From NCBI RefSeq assembly GCF_009914755.1, contig NC_060930.1: a stretch of 64,000 nucleotides of DNA; one strand, written 5' to 3'. Position numbers and translations under genes: made by a program. Source of the DNA: the human T2T-CHM13v2.0 reference genome, Homo sapiens. Of the stretch, positions 38,398-53,682 are shown piece after piece (positions within the stretch are counted from its first letter, which is position 1; every line of letters begins with the position of its first letter). The notes under the pieces were generated by a model that had not been told where the DNA came from, did no database searches, and saw only the letters and a list, made by a program, of their open reading frames with translations.

Positions 38398-41300
38398 ACA
38401 CTCTTTTTGTAGAAACTGCAAGTGGATATTTGGACCTCTTTGAGGCCTTCGTTGGAAACGGGATTTCTTCCTATAACCCTAGACAGAAGAATTTTCAGAA
38501 ACCTCATTGTGATGTGTGCGTTCATCTCACAGAGTGGAGTCTTCCGTTTGATAGAGAAGTTTTGAAACCCTGTTCTTGTAGGATTTCCAAGTGGATATTT
38601 AGACCACTTTGAAGCCTATGATAGAAAAGGAAACATCTTCATGGAAAACATAGATAGAATCATCCTCAGAAACAACTTTGTGATGTGTGCGTTGAACTCA
38701 CCGTCTTTAACCTTTCTTTTGGTAGAGAAGTTTTGAAACACTCTCTTTGTAAAGTCTACAAGTGGATATTTTGAGCCCTTGGAGGCATTCTTTGGAAAAG
38801 GGAATGTCTTCACATAAAAGGCAGACGGAAGTGTTCTCAGAAACTGCTTTGTGATGTCTGTGTTCAACTCACAGAGTTTAACATTTCCTTTGATAGAGCG
38901 GTTTAGTAACCCTCTCTTTGTAGAATTTGGAAGTGTATACTAAGAGCGCTTTGAGGCCTATGGTAGAAAAGGAAATATCTTTCCATAAAAGCTAGACAGA
39001 AGCAATCTCAGAAACTCCTCTGTGATGTCTGCATTCAACTCACCGAGTGGAACATTCCTCTTGATAGAGCAGTTTGGAAACACTCTTTCTGTAGAATCAG
39101 CTTGTTTGTATTTGGACCTCCTTGAGGCCTTCGTTGGAAACGGGTTTTCATCTTATAAACCCAGACAGAAGAATTCTCAGAGTCTTCTTTGTGATGTGTG
39201 CTTTCAACTCACCGAGTTAAACATTTCTCTTGATAGAGCAATTTGGAAACACTCTTTTTGTAGAATTTGCAAGGGTACATTGAGAGCGCTTTCAGGCCTA
39301 TGGTAGAAAAGGGAATATCTTTCCATAAAAGGTAGACAGAAGCAATCTCAGAAACTACTTTGTGATGTGTGCATTCAACTCACCGAGTGCAACGTTCCTC
39401 TTGACCGAGCAGTTTGGAAACATTGTTTCTGTAGAATCTGCAAGTGGATATTTGGACCTCTTTGAGGCCTTCGTTGGAAACGGGATTTCTTCCTATAAAC
39501 CCAGACAGAAGAATTCTCAGAGACTTCTTTGTGATGTGTGAATTCAACTCACAGTGTGGATCCTTCCTTTTGATAGAGCAGTTTTGAAATCCTGTTTTTG
39601 TAGTATTTCCAAGCGGATATTTGGAACGCCTTGAAGCGTATGGTAGAAAAGGAAATATCTTCCCATAAAACCTAGACAGAACCAATCTCAGAAACGACTT
39701 TGTGATGTCTGCATTCAAGTCACAGAGTTGAACATTTCTCTTGATAGAGCAGTTTTGAAACCCTCTTTCTGAAGGATCTGCAAGTGGATATTTGGAACTC
39801 CTTTGGGTCTTCGTTGGAAACGGGATTTCTTCGTATAAATCTAGACAGAAGAATTCTCCGAAACTTCTTTGGTTGTGTGCATTCAAGTCACAGAGTGGAA
39901 CCTTCCTTTGGATAGAGCAGTTTGAAACGCCGTGGTTGTAGTATTTCCAAGCGGATATTAGAGCGCCTTGAGGCCTATGGTAGAAAAGGAAATATCTTCC
40001 CATAAAACCTAGACGGAAGCAATCTCAGAAACTACTGTGTGATGGCTGCATTCCACACACACGGTGGAACATTTCTCTTGATAGAGCAGTTTTGAAACAC
40101 TCTTTCTGTAGAATCTGCAAGTGGATAATTGGACCGCCTTGAGGCCTTCGTTGGAAACGGGATTTCTTCATGTTACTCTAGATAGAAGAATTCTCAAACA
40201 CTGCTATGTGATGTTTGCATTCAAGTCACAGAGTGCAACATTCCTCTTGGTAGAGCAGTTGGGAAACACTCCTTTTGTAGAATCTGCAATGGGATATTTG
40301 GACTTCTTTGAGGCCTTCGTTGGAAACGGGATTTCTTCGTATGAATCTAGACAGAAGAATTCTCAGAAACTTCCTTGTGATGTGTGCATTCAACTCAGCG
40401 AGTGGCACCTTCCTTTGGATACAGCAGTTTTGAAACACTGTTTTTGTAGTATTTCCAAGCGGATATTTAGAGCGCCTTGAAGCCTATGCTAGAAATGGAA
40501 ATATCTCCCCATAAAACCAAGACAGAAGCAATCTCAGAAACTAATGTGTGATGGCTGCATTCCACACACACGGTGGACCATTTCTCTTGATAGAGCAGTT
40601 TTGAAACACTCTTTCTGTAGAATCTGCAAGTGGATAATTGGACCTCCTAGAGGCCTTCGTTGGAAACGGGATTTCTTCATCTAAACCTACAGAGAAGTAT
40701 TCTCAGTAACTTCTTCGGATGTGTGCATTCGACGCACAGAATGGAACATTCCCTTTGATAGAGCAGTTTTGAGACACCGTTTTTGTAGAATTCCCAAGTG
40801 GATATTTAGAGCACTTTGAAGTCTCTGCTAGAAAAGGAAACATCATCATGTAAAAAGTAGATAGAATCGTTCTCAGAAAGTGCTTAGTGTCGTGTGCGTT
40901 CAACTCACAGAGTTTAACGTTTCTTTTGATAGAGCGTTTCTGAAACACCCTTCTTGTAGTAGCTGCAAGTGGATATTTGGACCTATTGGAGGCCTTCTTT
41001 GGAAATGGGATTTCTTCATGTAACTCCAGATTGAAGAATTCTCAGAAACTCCTTTGTGATGTGTGCATTCAATTCAAAGAGTGAAACCTCTCTTTTCACA
41101 GAGCAGTTTTGAAACACTGTTTTTGTAGGATTTCCAAGGGGATATTTATAGCGCATTGAGCCTACGGCGGAAAAAGAAACATCTTCCTATAAAAACTAGA
41201 CAGAATACTTCTCAGAATCTGCTTTGCGATGTGTGCGTTCAACTCACAGAGTAAAACTTTTCTTTTGATAGAGCAGTTTTGAAACACTCTTTTTGTAGTA

Positions 41301-44300
41301 TTTGCATGTGTATATTTAGAGCGCATTGAAGCCCACAGTAGAAAAGGAAATAACTTCACCTAAAACCTAGACAGAAGCAATCTCAGAAACTACTTTGTGA
41401 TGTGTACATTCAACTCACAGAGTGGAACTTTCCTCTTTATAGAGCAGTGTTGAAACACTCTTTTTGTAGAAACTGCAAGTGGATATTTGGACCTCTTTGA
41501 GGCCTTCGTTGGAAACGGGATTTCTTCCTATAACCCTAGACAGAAGAATTTTCAGAAACCTCATTGTGATGTGTGCGTTCATCTCACAGAGTGGAGTCTT
41601 CCGTTTGATAGAGAAGTTTTGAAACCCTGTTCTTGTAGGATTTCCAAGTGGATATTTAGACCACTTTGAAGCCTATGATAGAAAAGGAAACATCTTCATG
41701 GAAAACATAGATAGAATCACCCTCAGAAACAACTTTGTGATGTGTGCGTTGAACTCACCGTCTTTAACCTTTCTTTTGGTAGAGAAGTTTTGAAACACTC
41801 TCTTTGTAAAGTCTACAAGTGGATATTTTGAGCCCTTGGAGGCATTCTTTGGAAAAGGGAATGTCTTCACATAAAAGGCAGACGGAAGTGTTCTCAGAAA
41901 CTGCTTTGTGATGTCTGTGTTCAACTCACAGAGTTTAACATTTCCTTTGATAGAGCGGTTTAGTAACCCTCTCTTTGTAGAATTTGGAAGTGTATACTAA
42001 GAGCGCTTTGAGGCCTATGGTAGAAAAGGAAATATCTTTCCATAAAAGCTAGACAGAAGCAATCTCAGAAACTCCTCTGTGATGTCTGCATTCAACTCAC
42101 CGAGTGGAACATTCCTCTTGATAGAGCAGTTTGGAAACACTCTTTCTGTAGAATCAGCTTGTTTGTATTTGGACCTCCTTGAGGCCTTCGTTGGAAACGG
42201 GTTTTCATCTTATAAACCCAGACAGAAGAATTCTCAGAGTCTTCTTTGTGATGTGTGCTTTCAACTCACCGAGATAAAGATTTCTCTTGATAGAGCAATT
42301 TGGAAACACTCTTTTTGTAGAATTTGCAAGGGTACATTGAGAGCGCTTTCAGGCCTATGGTAGAAAAGGAAATATCTTTCCATAAAAGGTAGACAGAAGC
42401 AATCTCAGAAACTACTTTGTGATGTGTGCATTCAACTCACCGAGTGCAACGTTCCTCTTGACCGAGCAGTTTGGAAACATTGTTTCTGTAGAATCTGCAA
42501 GTGGATATTTGGACCTCTTTGAGGCCTTCGTTGGAAACGGGATTTCTTCCTATAAACCCAGACAGAAGAATTCTCAGAGACTTCTTTGTGATGTGTGAAT
42601 TCAACTCACAGTGTGGATCCTTCCTTTTGATAGAGCAGTTTTGAAACCCTGTTTTTGTAGTATTTCCAAGCGGATATTTGGAACGCCTTGAAGCGTATGG
42701 TAGAAAAGGAAATATCTTCCCATAAAACCTAGACAGAACCAATCTCAGAAACGACTTTGTGATGTCTGCATTCAAGTCACAGAGTTGAACATTTCTCTTG
42801 ATAGAGCAGTTTTGAAACCCTCTTTCTGAAGGATCTGCAAGTGGATATTTGGAACTCCTTTGGGTCTTCGTTGGAAACGGGATTTCTTCGTATAAATCTA
42901 GACAGAAGAATTCTCCGAAACTTCTTTGGTTGTGTGCATTCAAGTCACAGAGTGGAACCTTCCTTTGGATAGAGCAGTTTGAAACGCCGTGGTTGTAGTA
43001 TTTCCAAGCGGATATTAGAGCGCCTTGAGGCCTATGGTAGAAAAGGAAATATCTTCCCATAAAACCTAGACGGAAGCAATCTCAGAAACTACTGTGTGAT
43101 GGCTGCATTCCACACACACGGTGGAACATTTCTCTTGATAGAGCAGTTTTGAAACACTCTTTCTGTAGAATCTGCAAGTGGATAATTGGACCGCCTTGAG
43201 GCCTTCGTTGGAAACGGGATTTCTTCATGTTACTCTAGATAGAAGAATTCTCAAACACTGCTATGTGATGTTTGCATTCAAGTCACAGAGTGCAACATTC
43301 CTCTTGGTAGAGCAGTTGGGAAACACTCCTTTTGTAGAATCTGCAATGGGATATTTGGACTTCTTTGAGGCCTTCGTTGGAAACGGGATTTCTTCGTATG
43401 AATCTAGACAGAAGAATTCTCAGAAACTTCCTTGTGATGTGTGCATTCAACTCAGCGAGTGGCACCTTCCTTTGGATACAGCAGTTTTGAAACACTGTTT
43501 TTGTAGTATTTCCAAGCGGATATTTAGAGCGCCTTGAAGCCTATGCTAGAAATGGAAATATCTCCCCATAAAACCAAGACAGAAGCAATCTCAGAAACTA
43601 ATGTGTGATGGCTGCATTCCACACACACGGTGGACCATTTCTCTTGATAGAGCAGTTTTGAAACACTCTTTCTGTAGAATCTGCAAGTGGATAATTGGAC
43701 CTCCTAGAGGCCTTCGTTGGAAACGGGATTTCTTCATCTAAACCTACAGAGAAGAATTCTCAGTAACTTCTTCGGATGTGTGCATTCGACGCACAGAATG
43801 GAACATTCCCTTTGATAGAGCAGTTTTGAGACACCGTTTTTGTAGAATTCCCAAGTGGATATTTAGAGCACTTTGAAGTCTCTGCTAGAAAAGGAAACAT
43901 CTTCATGTAAAAAGTAGATAGAATCGTTCTCAGAAAGTGCTTAGTGACGTGTGCGTTCAACTCACAGAGTTTAACGTTTCTTTTGATAGAGCGTTTCTGA
44001 AACACCCTTCTTGTAGTAGCTGCAAGTGGATATTTGGACCTATTGGAGGCCTTCTTTGGAAACGGGATTTCTTCATGTAACTCTAGATTGAAGAATTCTC
44101 AGAAACTCCTTTGTGATGTGTGCATTCAATTCAAAGAGTGAAACCTCCCTTTTCACAGAGCAGTTTTGAAACACTGTTTTTGTAGGATTTCCAAGGGGAT
44201 ATTTATAGCGCATTGAGCCTACGGCGGAAAAAGAAACATCTTCCTATAAAAACTAGACAGAATACTTCTCAGAATCTGCTTTGCGATGTGTGCGTTCAAC

Positions 44301-47300
44301 TCACAGAGTAAAACTTTTCTTTTGATAGAGCAGTTTTGAAACACTCTTTTTGTAGTATTTGCATGTGTATATTTAGAGCGCATTGAAGCCCACAGTAGAA
44401 AAGGAAATAACTTCACCTAAAACCTAGACAGAAGCAATCTCAGAAACTACTTTGTGATGTGTACATTCAACTCACAGAGTGGAACTTTCCTCTTTATAGA
44501 GCAGTGTTGAAACACTCTTTTTGTAGAAACTGCAAGTGGATATTTGGACCTCTTTGAGGCCTTCGTTGGAAACGGGATTTCTTCCTATAACCCTAGACAG
44601 AAGAATTTTCAGAAACCTCATTGTGATGTGTGCGTTCATCTCACAGAGTGGAGTCTTCCGTTTGATAGAGAAGTTTTGAAACCCTGTTCTTGTAGGATTT
44701 CCAAGTGGATATTTAGACCACTTTGAAGCCTATGATAGAAAAGGAAACATCTTCATGGAAAACATAGATAGAATCATCCTCAGAAACAACTTTGTGATGT
44801 GTGCGTTGAACTCACCGTCTTTAACCTTTCTTTTGGTAGAGAAGTTTTGAAACACTCTCTTTGTAAAGTCTACAAGTGGATATTTTGAGCCCTTGGAGGC
44901 ATTCTTTGGAAAAGGGAATGTCTTCACATAAAAGGCAGACGGAAGTGTTCTCAGAAACTGCTTTGTGATGTCTGTGTTCAACTCACAGAGTTTAACATTT
45001 CCTTTGATAGAGCGGTTTAGTAACCCTCTCTTTGTAGAATTTGGAAGTGTATACTAAGAGCGCTTTGAGGCCTATGGTAGAAAAGGAAATATCTTTCCAT
45101 AAAAGCTAGACAGAAGCAATCTCAGAAACTCCTTTGCGATGTCTGCATTCAACTCACCGAGTGGAACATTCCTCTTGAGAGAGCAGTTTGGAAACACTCT
45201 TTCTGTAGAATCAGCTTGTTTGTATTTGGACCTCCTTGAGGCCTTCGTTGGAAACGGGTTTTCATCTTATAAACCCAGACAGAAGAATTCTCAGAGTCTT
45301 CTTTGTGATGTGTGCTTTCAACTCACCGAGATAAAGATTTCTCTTGATAGAGCAATTTGGAAACACTCTTTTTGTAGAATTTGCAAGGGTACATTGAGAG
45401 CGCTTTCAGGCCTATGGTAGAAAAGGGAATATCTTTCCATAAAAGGTAGACAGAAGCAATCTCAGAAACTACTTTGTGATGTGTGCATTCAACTCACCGA
45501 GTGCAACGTTCCTCTTGACCGAGCAGTTTGGAAACATTGTTTCTGTAGAATCTGCAAGTGGATATTTGGACCTCTTTGAGGCCTTCGTTGGAAACGGGAT
45601 TTCTTCCTATAAACCCAGACAGAAGAATTCTCAGAGACTTCTTTGTGATGTGTGAATTCAACTCACAGTGTGGATCCTTCCTTTTGATAGAGCAGTTTTG
45701 AAACCCTGTTTTTGTAGTATTTCCAAGCGGATATTCGGAACGCCTTGAAGCGTATGGTAGAAAAGGAAATATCTTCCCATAAAACCTAGACAGAACCAAT
45801 CTCAGAAACGACTTTGTGATGTCTGCATTCAAGTCACAGAGTTGAACATTTCTCTTGATAGAGCAGTTTTGAAACCCTCTTTCTGAAGGATCTGCAAGTG
45901 GATATTTGGAACTCCTTTGGGTCTTCGTTGGAAACGGGATTTCTTCGTATAAATCTAGACAGAAGAATTCTCCGAAACTTCTTTGGTTGTGTGCATTCAA
46001 GTCACAGAGTGGAACCTTCCTTTGGATAGAGCAGTTTGAAACGCCGTGGTTGTAGTATTTCCAAGCGGATATTAGAGCGCCTTGAGGCCTATGGTAGAAA
46101 AGGAAATATCTTCCCATAAAACCTAGACGGAAGCAATCTCAGAAACTACTGTGTGATGGCTGCATTCCACACACACGGTGGAACATTTCTCTTGATAGAG
46201 CAGTTTTGAAACACTCTTTCTGTAGAATCTGCAAGTGGATAATTGGACCGCCTTGAGGCCTTCGTTGGAAACGGGATTTCTTCATGTTACTCTAGATAGA
46301 AGAATTCTCAAACACTGCTATGTGATGTTTGCATTCAAGTCACAGAGTGCAACATTCCTCTTGGTAGAGCAGTTGGGAAACACTCCTTTTGTAGAATCTG
46401 CAATGGGATATTTGGACTTCTTTGAGGCCTTCGTTGGAAACGGGATTTCTTCGTATGAATCTAGACAGAAGAATTCTCAGAAACTTCCTTGTGATGTGTG
46501 CATTCAACTCAGCGAGTGGCACCTTCCTTTGGATACAGCAGTTTTGAAACACTGTTTTTGTAGTATTTCCAAGCGGATATTTAGAGCGCCTTGAAGCCTA
46601 TGCTAGAAATGGAAATATCTCCCCATAAAACCAAGACAGAAGCAATCTCAGAAACTAATGTGTGATGGCTGCATTCCACACACACGGTGGACCATTTCTC
46701 TTGATAGAGCAGTTTTGAAACACTCTTTCTGTAGAATCTGCAAGTGGATAATTGGACCTCCTAGAGGCCTTCGTTGGAAACGGGATTTCTTCATCTAAAC
46801 CTACAGAGAAGAATTCTCAGTAACTTCTTCGGATGTGTGCATTCGACGCACAGAATGGAACATTCCCTTTGATAGAGCAGTTTTGAGACACCGTTTTTGT
46901 AGAATTCCCAAGTGGATATTTAGAGCACTTTGAAGTCTCTGCTAGAAAAGGAAACATCTTCATGTAAAAAGTAGATAGAATCGTTCTCAGAAAGTGCTTA
47001 GTGACGTGTGCGTTCAACTCACAGAGTTTAACGTTTCTTTTGATAGAGCGTTTCTGAAACACCCTTCTTGTAGTAGCTGCAAGTGGATATTTGGACCTAT
47101 TGGAGGCCTTCTTTGGAAACGGGATTTCTTCATGTAACTCTAGATTGAAGAGTTCTCAGAAACTCCTTTGTGATGTGTGCATTCAATTCAAAGAGTGAAA
47201 CCTCCCTTTTCACAGAGCAGTTTTGAAACACTGTTTTTGTAGGATTTCCAAGGGGATATTTATAGCGCATTGAGCCTACGGCGGAAAAAGAAACATCTTC

Positions 47301-50300
47301 CTATAAAAACTAGACAGAATACTTCTCAGAATCTGCTTTGCGATGTGTGCGTTCAACTCACAGAGTAAAACTTTTCTTTTGATAGAGCAGTTTTGAAACA
47401 CTCTTTTTGTAGTATTTGCATGTGTATATTTAGAGCGCATTGAAGCCCACAGTAGAAAAGGAAATAACTTCACCTAAAACCTAGACAGAAGCAATCTCAG
47501 AAACTACTTTGTGATGTGTACATTCAACTCACAGAGTGGAACTTTCCTCTTTATAGAGCAGTGTTGAAACACTCTTTTTGTAGAAACTGCAAGTGGATAT
47601 TTGGACCTCTTTGAGGCCTTCGTTGGAAACGGGATTTCTTCCTATAACCCTAGACAGAAGAATTTTCAGAAACCTCATTGTGATGTGTGCGTTCATCTCA
47701 CAGAGTGGAGTCTTCCGTTTGATAGAGAAGTTTTGAAACCCTGTTCTTGTAGGATTTCCAAGTGGATATTTAGACCACTTTGAAGCCTATGATAGAAAAG
47801 GAAACATCTTCATGGAAAACATAGATAGAATCATCCTCAGAAACAACTTTGTGATGTGTGCGTTGAACTCACCGTCTTTAACCTTTCTTTTGGTAGAGAA
47901 GTTTTGAAACACTCTCTTTGTAAAGTCTACAAGTGGATATTTTGAGCCCTTGGAGGCATTCTTTGGAAAAGGGAATGTCTTCACATAAAAGGCAGACGGA
48001 AGTGTTCTCAGAAACTGCTTTGTGATGTCTGTGTTCAACTCACAGAGTTTAACATTTCCTTTGATAGAGCGGTTTAGTAACCCTCTCTTTGTAGAATTTG
48101 GAAGTGTATACTAAGAGCGCTTTGAGGCCTATGGTAGAAAAGGAAATATCTTTCCATAAAAGCTAGACAGAAGCAATCTCAGAAACTCCTCTGCGATGTC
48201 TGCATTCAACTCACCGAGTGGAACATTCCTCTTGAGAGAGCAGTTTGGAAACACTCTTTCTGTAGAATCAGCTTGTTTGTATTTGGACCTCCTTGAGGCC
48301 TTCGTTGGAAACGGGTTTTCATCTTATAAACCCAGACAGAAGAATTCTCAGAGTCTTCTTTGTGATGTGTGCTTTCAACTCACCGAGATAAAGATTTCTC
48401 TTGATAGAGCAATTTGGAAACACTCTTTTTGTAGAATTTGCAAGGGTACATTGAGAGCGCTTTCAGGCCTATGGTAGAAAAGGGAATATCTTTCCATAAA
48501 AGGTAGACAGAAGCAATCTCAGAAACTACTTTGTGATGTGTGCATTCAACTCACCGAGTGCAACGTTCCTCTTGACCGAGCAGTTTGGAAACATTGTTTC
48601 TGTAGAATCTGCAAGTGGATATTTGGACCTCTTTGAGGCCTTCGTTGGAAACGGGATTTCTTCCTATAAACCCAGACAGAAGAATTCTCAGAGACTTCTT
48701 TGTGATGTGTGAATTCAACTCACAGTGTGGATCCTTCCTTTTGATAGAGCAGTTTTGAAACCCTGTTTTTGTAGTATTTCCAAGCGGATATTTGGAACGC
48801 CTTGAAGCGTATGGTAGAAAAGGAAATATCTTCCCATAAAACCTAGACAGAACCAATCTCAGAAACGACTTTGTGATGTCTGCATTCAAGTCACAGAGTT
48901 GAACATTTCTCTTGATAGAGCAGTTTTGAAACCCTCTTTCTGAAGGATCTGCAAGTGGATATTTGGAACTCCTTTGGGTCTTCGTTGGAAACGGGATTTC
49001 TTCGTATAAATCTAGACAGAAGAATTCTCCGAAACTTCTTTGGTTGTGTGCATTCAAGTCACAGAGTGGAACCTTCCTTTGGATAGAGCAGTTTGAAACG
49101 CCGTGGTTGTAGTATTTCCAAGCGGATATTAGAGCGCCTTGAGGCCTATGGTAGAAAAGGAAATATCTTCCCATAAAACCTAGACGGAAGCAATCTCAGA
49201 AACTACTGTGTGATGGCTGCATTCCACACACACGGTGGAACATTTCTCTTGATAGAGCAGTTTTGAAACACTCTTTCTGTAGAATCTGCAAGTGGATAAT
49301 TGGACCGCCTTGAGGCCTTCGTTGGAAACGGGATTTCTTCATGTTACTCTAGATAGAAGAATTCTCAAACACTGCTATGTGATGTTTGCATTCAAGTCAC
49401 AGAGTGCAACATTCCTCTTGGTAGAGCAGTTGGGAAACACTCCTTTTGTAGAATCTGCAATGGGATATTTGGACTTCTTTGAGGCCTTCGTTGGAAACGG
49501 GATTTCTTCGTATGAATCTAGACAGAAGAATTCTCAGAAACTTCCTTGTGATGTGTGCATTCAACTCAGCGAGTGGCACCTTCCTTTGGATACAGCAGTT
49601 TTGAAACACTGTTTTTGTAGTATTTCCAAGCGGATATTTAGAGCGCCTTGAAGCCTATGCTAGAAATGGAAATATCTCCCCATAAAACCAAGACAGAAGC
49701 AATCTCAGAAACTAATGTGTGATGGCTGCATTCCACACACACGGTGGACCATTTCTCTTGATAGAGCAGTTTTGAAACACTCTTTCTGTAGAATCTGCAA
49801 GTGGATAATTGGACCTCCTAGAGGCCTTCGTTGGAAACGGGATTTCTTCATCTAAACCTACAGAGAAGAATTCTCAGTAACTTCTTCGGATGTGTGCATT
49901 CGACGCACAGAATGGAACATTCCCTTTGATAGAGCAGTTTTGAGACACCGTTTTTGTAGAATTCCCAAGTGGATATTTAGAGCACTTTGAAGTCTCTGCT
50001 AGAAAAGGAAACATCTTCATGTAAAAAGTAGATAGAATCGTTCTCAGAAAGTGCTTAGTGACGTGTGCGTTCAACTCACAGAGTTTAACGTTTCTTTTGA
50101 TAGAGCGTTTCTGAAACACCCTTCTTGTAGTAGCTGCAAGTGGATATTTGGACCTATTGGAGGCCTTCTTTGGAAATGGGATTTCTTCATGTAACTCTAG
50201 ATTGAAGAGTTCTCAGAAACTCCTTTGTGATGTGTGCATTCAATTCAAAGAGTGAAACCTCCCTTTTCACAGAGCAGTTTTGAAACACTGTTTTTGTAGG

Positions 50301-53300
50301 ATTTCCAAGGGGATATTTATAGCGCATTGAGCCTACGGCGGAAAAAGAAACATCTTCCTATAAAAACTAGACAGAATACTTCTCAGAATCTGCTTTGCGA
50401 TGTGTGCGTTCAACTCACAGAGTAAAACTTTTCTTTTGATAGAGCAGTTTTGAAACACTCTTTTTGTAGTATTTGCATGTGTATATTTAGAGCGCATTGA
50501 AGCCCACAGTAGAAAAGGAAATAACTTCACCTAAAACCTAGACAGAAGCAATCTCAGAAACTACTTTGTGATGTGTACATTCAACTCACAGAGTGGAACT
50601 TTCCTCTTTATAGAGCAGTGTTGAAACACTCTTTTTGTAGAAACTGCAAGTGGATATTTGGACCTCTTTGAGGCCTTCGTTGGAAACGGGATTTCTTCCT
50701 ATAACCCTAGACAGAAGAATTTTCAGAAACCTCATTGTGATGTGTGCGTTCATCTCACAGAGTGGAGTCTTCCGTTTGATAGAGAAGTTTTGAAACCCTG
50801 TTCTTGTAGGATTTCCAAGTGGATATTTAGACCACTTTGAAGCCTATGATAGAAAAGGAAACATCTTCATGGAAAACATAGATAGAATCATCCTCAGAAA
50901 CAACTTTGTGATGTGTGCGTTGAACTCACCGTCTTTAACCTTTCTTTTGGTAGAGAAGTTTTGAAACACTCTCTTTGTAAAGTCTACAAGTGGATATTTT
51001 GAGCCCTTGGAGGCATTCTTTGGAAAAGGGAATGTCTTCACATAAAAGGCAGACGGAAGTGTTCTCAGAAACTGCTTTGTGATGTCTGTGTTCAACTCAC
51101 AGAGTTTAACATTTCCTTTGATAGAGCGGTTTAGTAACCCTCTCTTTGTAGAATTTGGAAGTGTATACTAAGAGCGCTTTGAGGCCTATGGTAGAAAAGG
51201 AAATATCTTTCCATAAAAGCTAGACAGAAGCAATCTCAGAAACTCCTCTGCGATGTCTGCATTCAACTCACCGAGTGGAACATTCCTCTTGAGAGAGCAG
51301 TTTGGAAACACTCTTTCTGTAGAATCAGCTTGTTTGTATTTGGACCTCCTTGAGGCCTTCGTTGGAAACGGGTTTTCATCTTATAAACCCAGACAGAAGA
51401 ATTCTCAGAGTCTTCTTTGTGATGTGTGCTTTCAACTCACCGAGATAAAGATTTCTCTTGATAGAGCAATTTGGAAACACTCTTTTTGTAGAATTTGCAA
51501 GGGTACATTGAGAGCGCTTTCAGGCCTATGGTAGAAAAGGGAATATCTTTCCATAAAAGGTAGACAGAAGCAATCTCAGAAACTACTTTGTGATGTGTGC
51601 ATTCAACTCACCGAGTGCAACGTTCCTCTTGACCGAGCAGTTTGGAAACATTGTTTCTGTAGAATCTGCAAGTGGATATTTGGACCTCTTTGAGGCCTTC
51701 GTTGGAAACGGGATTTCTTCCTATAAACCCAGACAGAAGAATTCTCAGAGACTTCTTTGTGATGTGTGAATTCAACTCACAGTGTGGATCCTTCCTTTTG
51801 ATAGAGCAGTTTTGAAACCCTGTTTTTGTAGTATTTCCAAGCGGATATTTGGAACGCCTTGAAGCGTATGGTAGAAAAGGAAATATCTTCCCATAAAACC
51901 TAGACAGAACCAATCTCAGAAACGACTTTGTGATGTCTGCATTCAAGTCACAGAGTTGAACATTTCTCTTGATAGAGCAGTTTTGAAACCCTCTTTCTGA
52001 AGGATCTGCAAGTGGATATTTGGAACTCCTTTGGGTCTTCGTTGGAAACGGGATTTCTTCGTATAAATCTAGACAGAAGAATTCTCCGAAACTTCTTTGG
52101 TTGTGTGCATTCAAGTCACAGAGTGGAACCTTCCTTTGGATAGAGCAGTTTGAAACGCCGTGGTTGTAGTATTTCCAAGCGGATATTAGAGCGCCTTGAG
52201 GCCTATGGTAGAAAAGGAAATATCTTCCCATAAAACCTAGACGGAAGCAATCTCAGAAACTACTGTGTGATGGCTGCATTCCACACACACGGTGGAACAT
52301 TTCTCTTGATAGAGCAGTTTTGAAACACTCTTTCTGTAGAATCTGCAAGTGGATAATTGGACCGCCTTGAGGCCTTCGTTGGAAACGGGATTTCTTCATG
52401 TTACTCTAGATAGAAGAATTCTCAAACACTGCTATGTGATGTTTGCATTCAAGTCACAGAGTGCAACATTCCTCTTGGTAGAGCAGTTGGGAAACACTCC
52501 TTTTGTAGAATCTGCAATGGGATATTTGGACTTCTTTGAGGCCTTCGTTGGAAACGGGATTTCTTCGTATGAATCTAGACAGAAGAATTCTCAGAAACTT
52601 CCTTGTGATGTGTGCATTCAACTCAGCGAGTGGCACCTTCCTTTGGATACAGCAGTTTTGAAACACTGTTTTTGTAGTATTTCCAAGCGGATATTTAGAG
52701 CGCCTTGAAGCCTATGCTAGAAATGGAAATATCTCCCCATAAAACCAAGACAGAAGCAATCTCAGAAACTAATGTGTGATGGCTGCATTCCACACACACG
52801 GTGGACCATTTCTCTTGATAGAGCAGTTTTGAAACACTCTTTCTGTAGAATCTGCAAGTGGATAATTGGACCTCCTAGAGGCCTTCGTTGGAAACGGGAT
52901 TTCTTCATCTAAACCTACAGAGAAGAATTCTCAGTAACTTCTTCGGATGTGTGCATTCGACGCACAGAATGGAACATTCCCTTTGATAGAGCAGTTTTGA
53001 GACACCGTTTTTGTAGAATTCCCAAGTGGATATTTAGAGCACTTTGAAGTCTCTGCTAGAAAAGGAAACATCTTCATGTAAAAAGTAGATAGAATCGTTC
53101 TCAGAAAGTGCTTAGTGACGTGTGCGTTCAACTCACAGAGTTTAACGTTTCTTTTGATAGAGCGTTTCTGAAACACCCTTCTTGTAGTAGCTGCAAGTGG
53201 ATATTTGGACCTATTGGAGGCCTTCTTTGGAAATGGGATTTCTTCATGTAACTCTAGATTGAAGAGTTCTCAGAAACTCCTTTGTGATGTGTGCATTCAA

Positions 53301-53682
53301 TTCAAAGAGTGAAACCTCCCTTTTCACAGAGCAGTTTTGAAACACTGTTTTTGTAGGATTTCCAAGGGGATATTTATAGCGCATTGAGCCTACGGCGGAA
53401 AAAGAAATATCTTCCTATAAAAACTAGACAGAATACTTCTCAGAATCTGCTTTGCGATGTGTGCGTTCAACCCACAGAGTAAAACTTTTCTTTTGATAGA
53501 GCAGTTTTGAAACACTCTTTTTGTAGTATTTGCATGTGTATATTTAGAGCGCATTGAAGCCCACAGTAGAAAAGGAAATAACTTCACCTAAAACCTAGAC
53601 AGAAGCAATCTCAGAAACTACTTTGTGATGTGTACATTCAACTCACAGAGTGGAACTTTCCTCTTTATAGAGCAGTGTTGAA
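38398..53682 (+). repeat. Five canonical-length 18-mer units U14-U18
   Basis: Marker ORF at 38430, 41487, 44544, 47601, 50658 and 53715. Confidence 0.95.
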
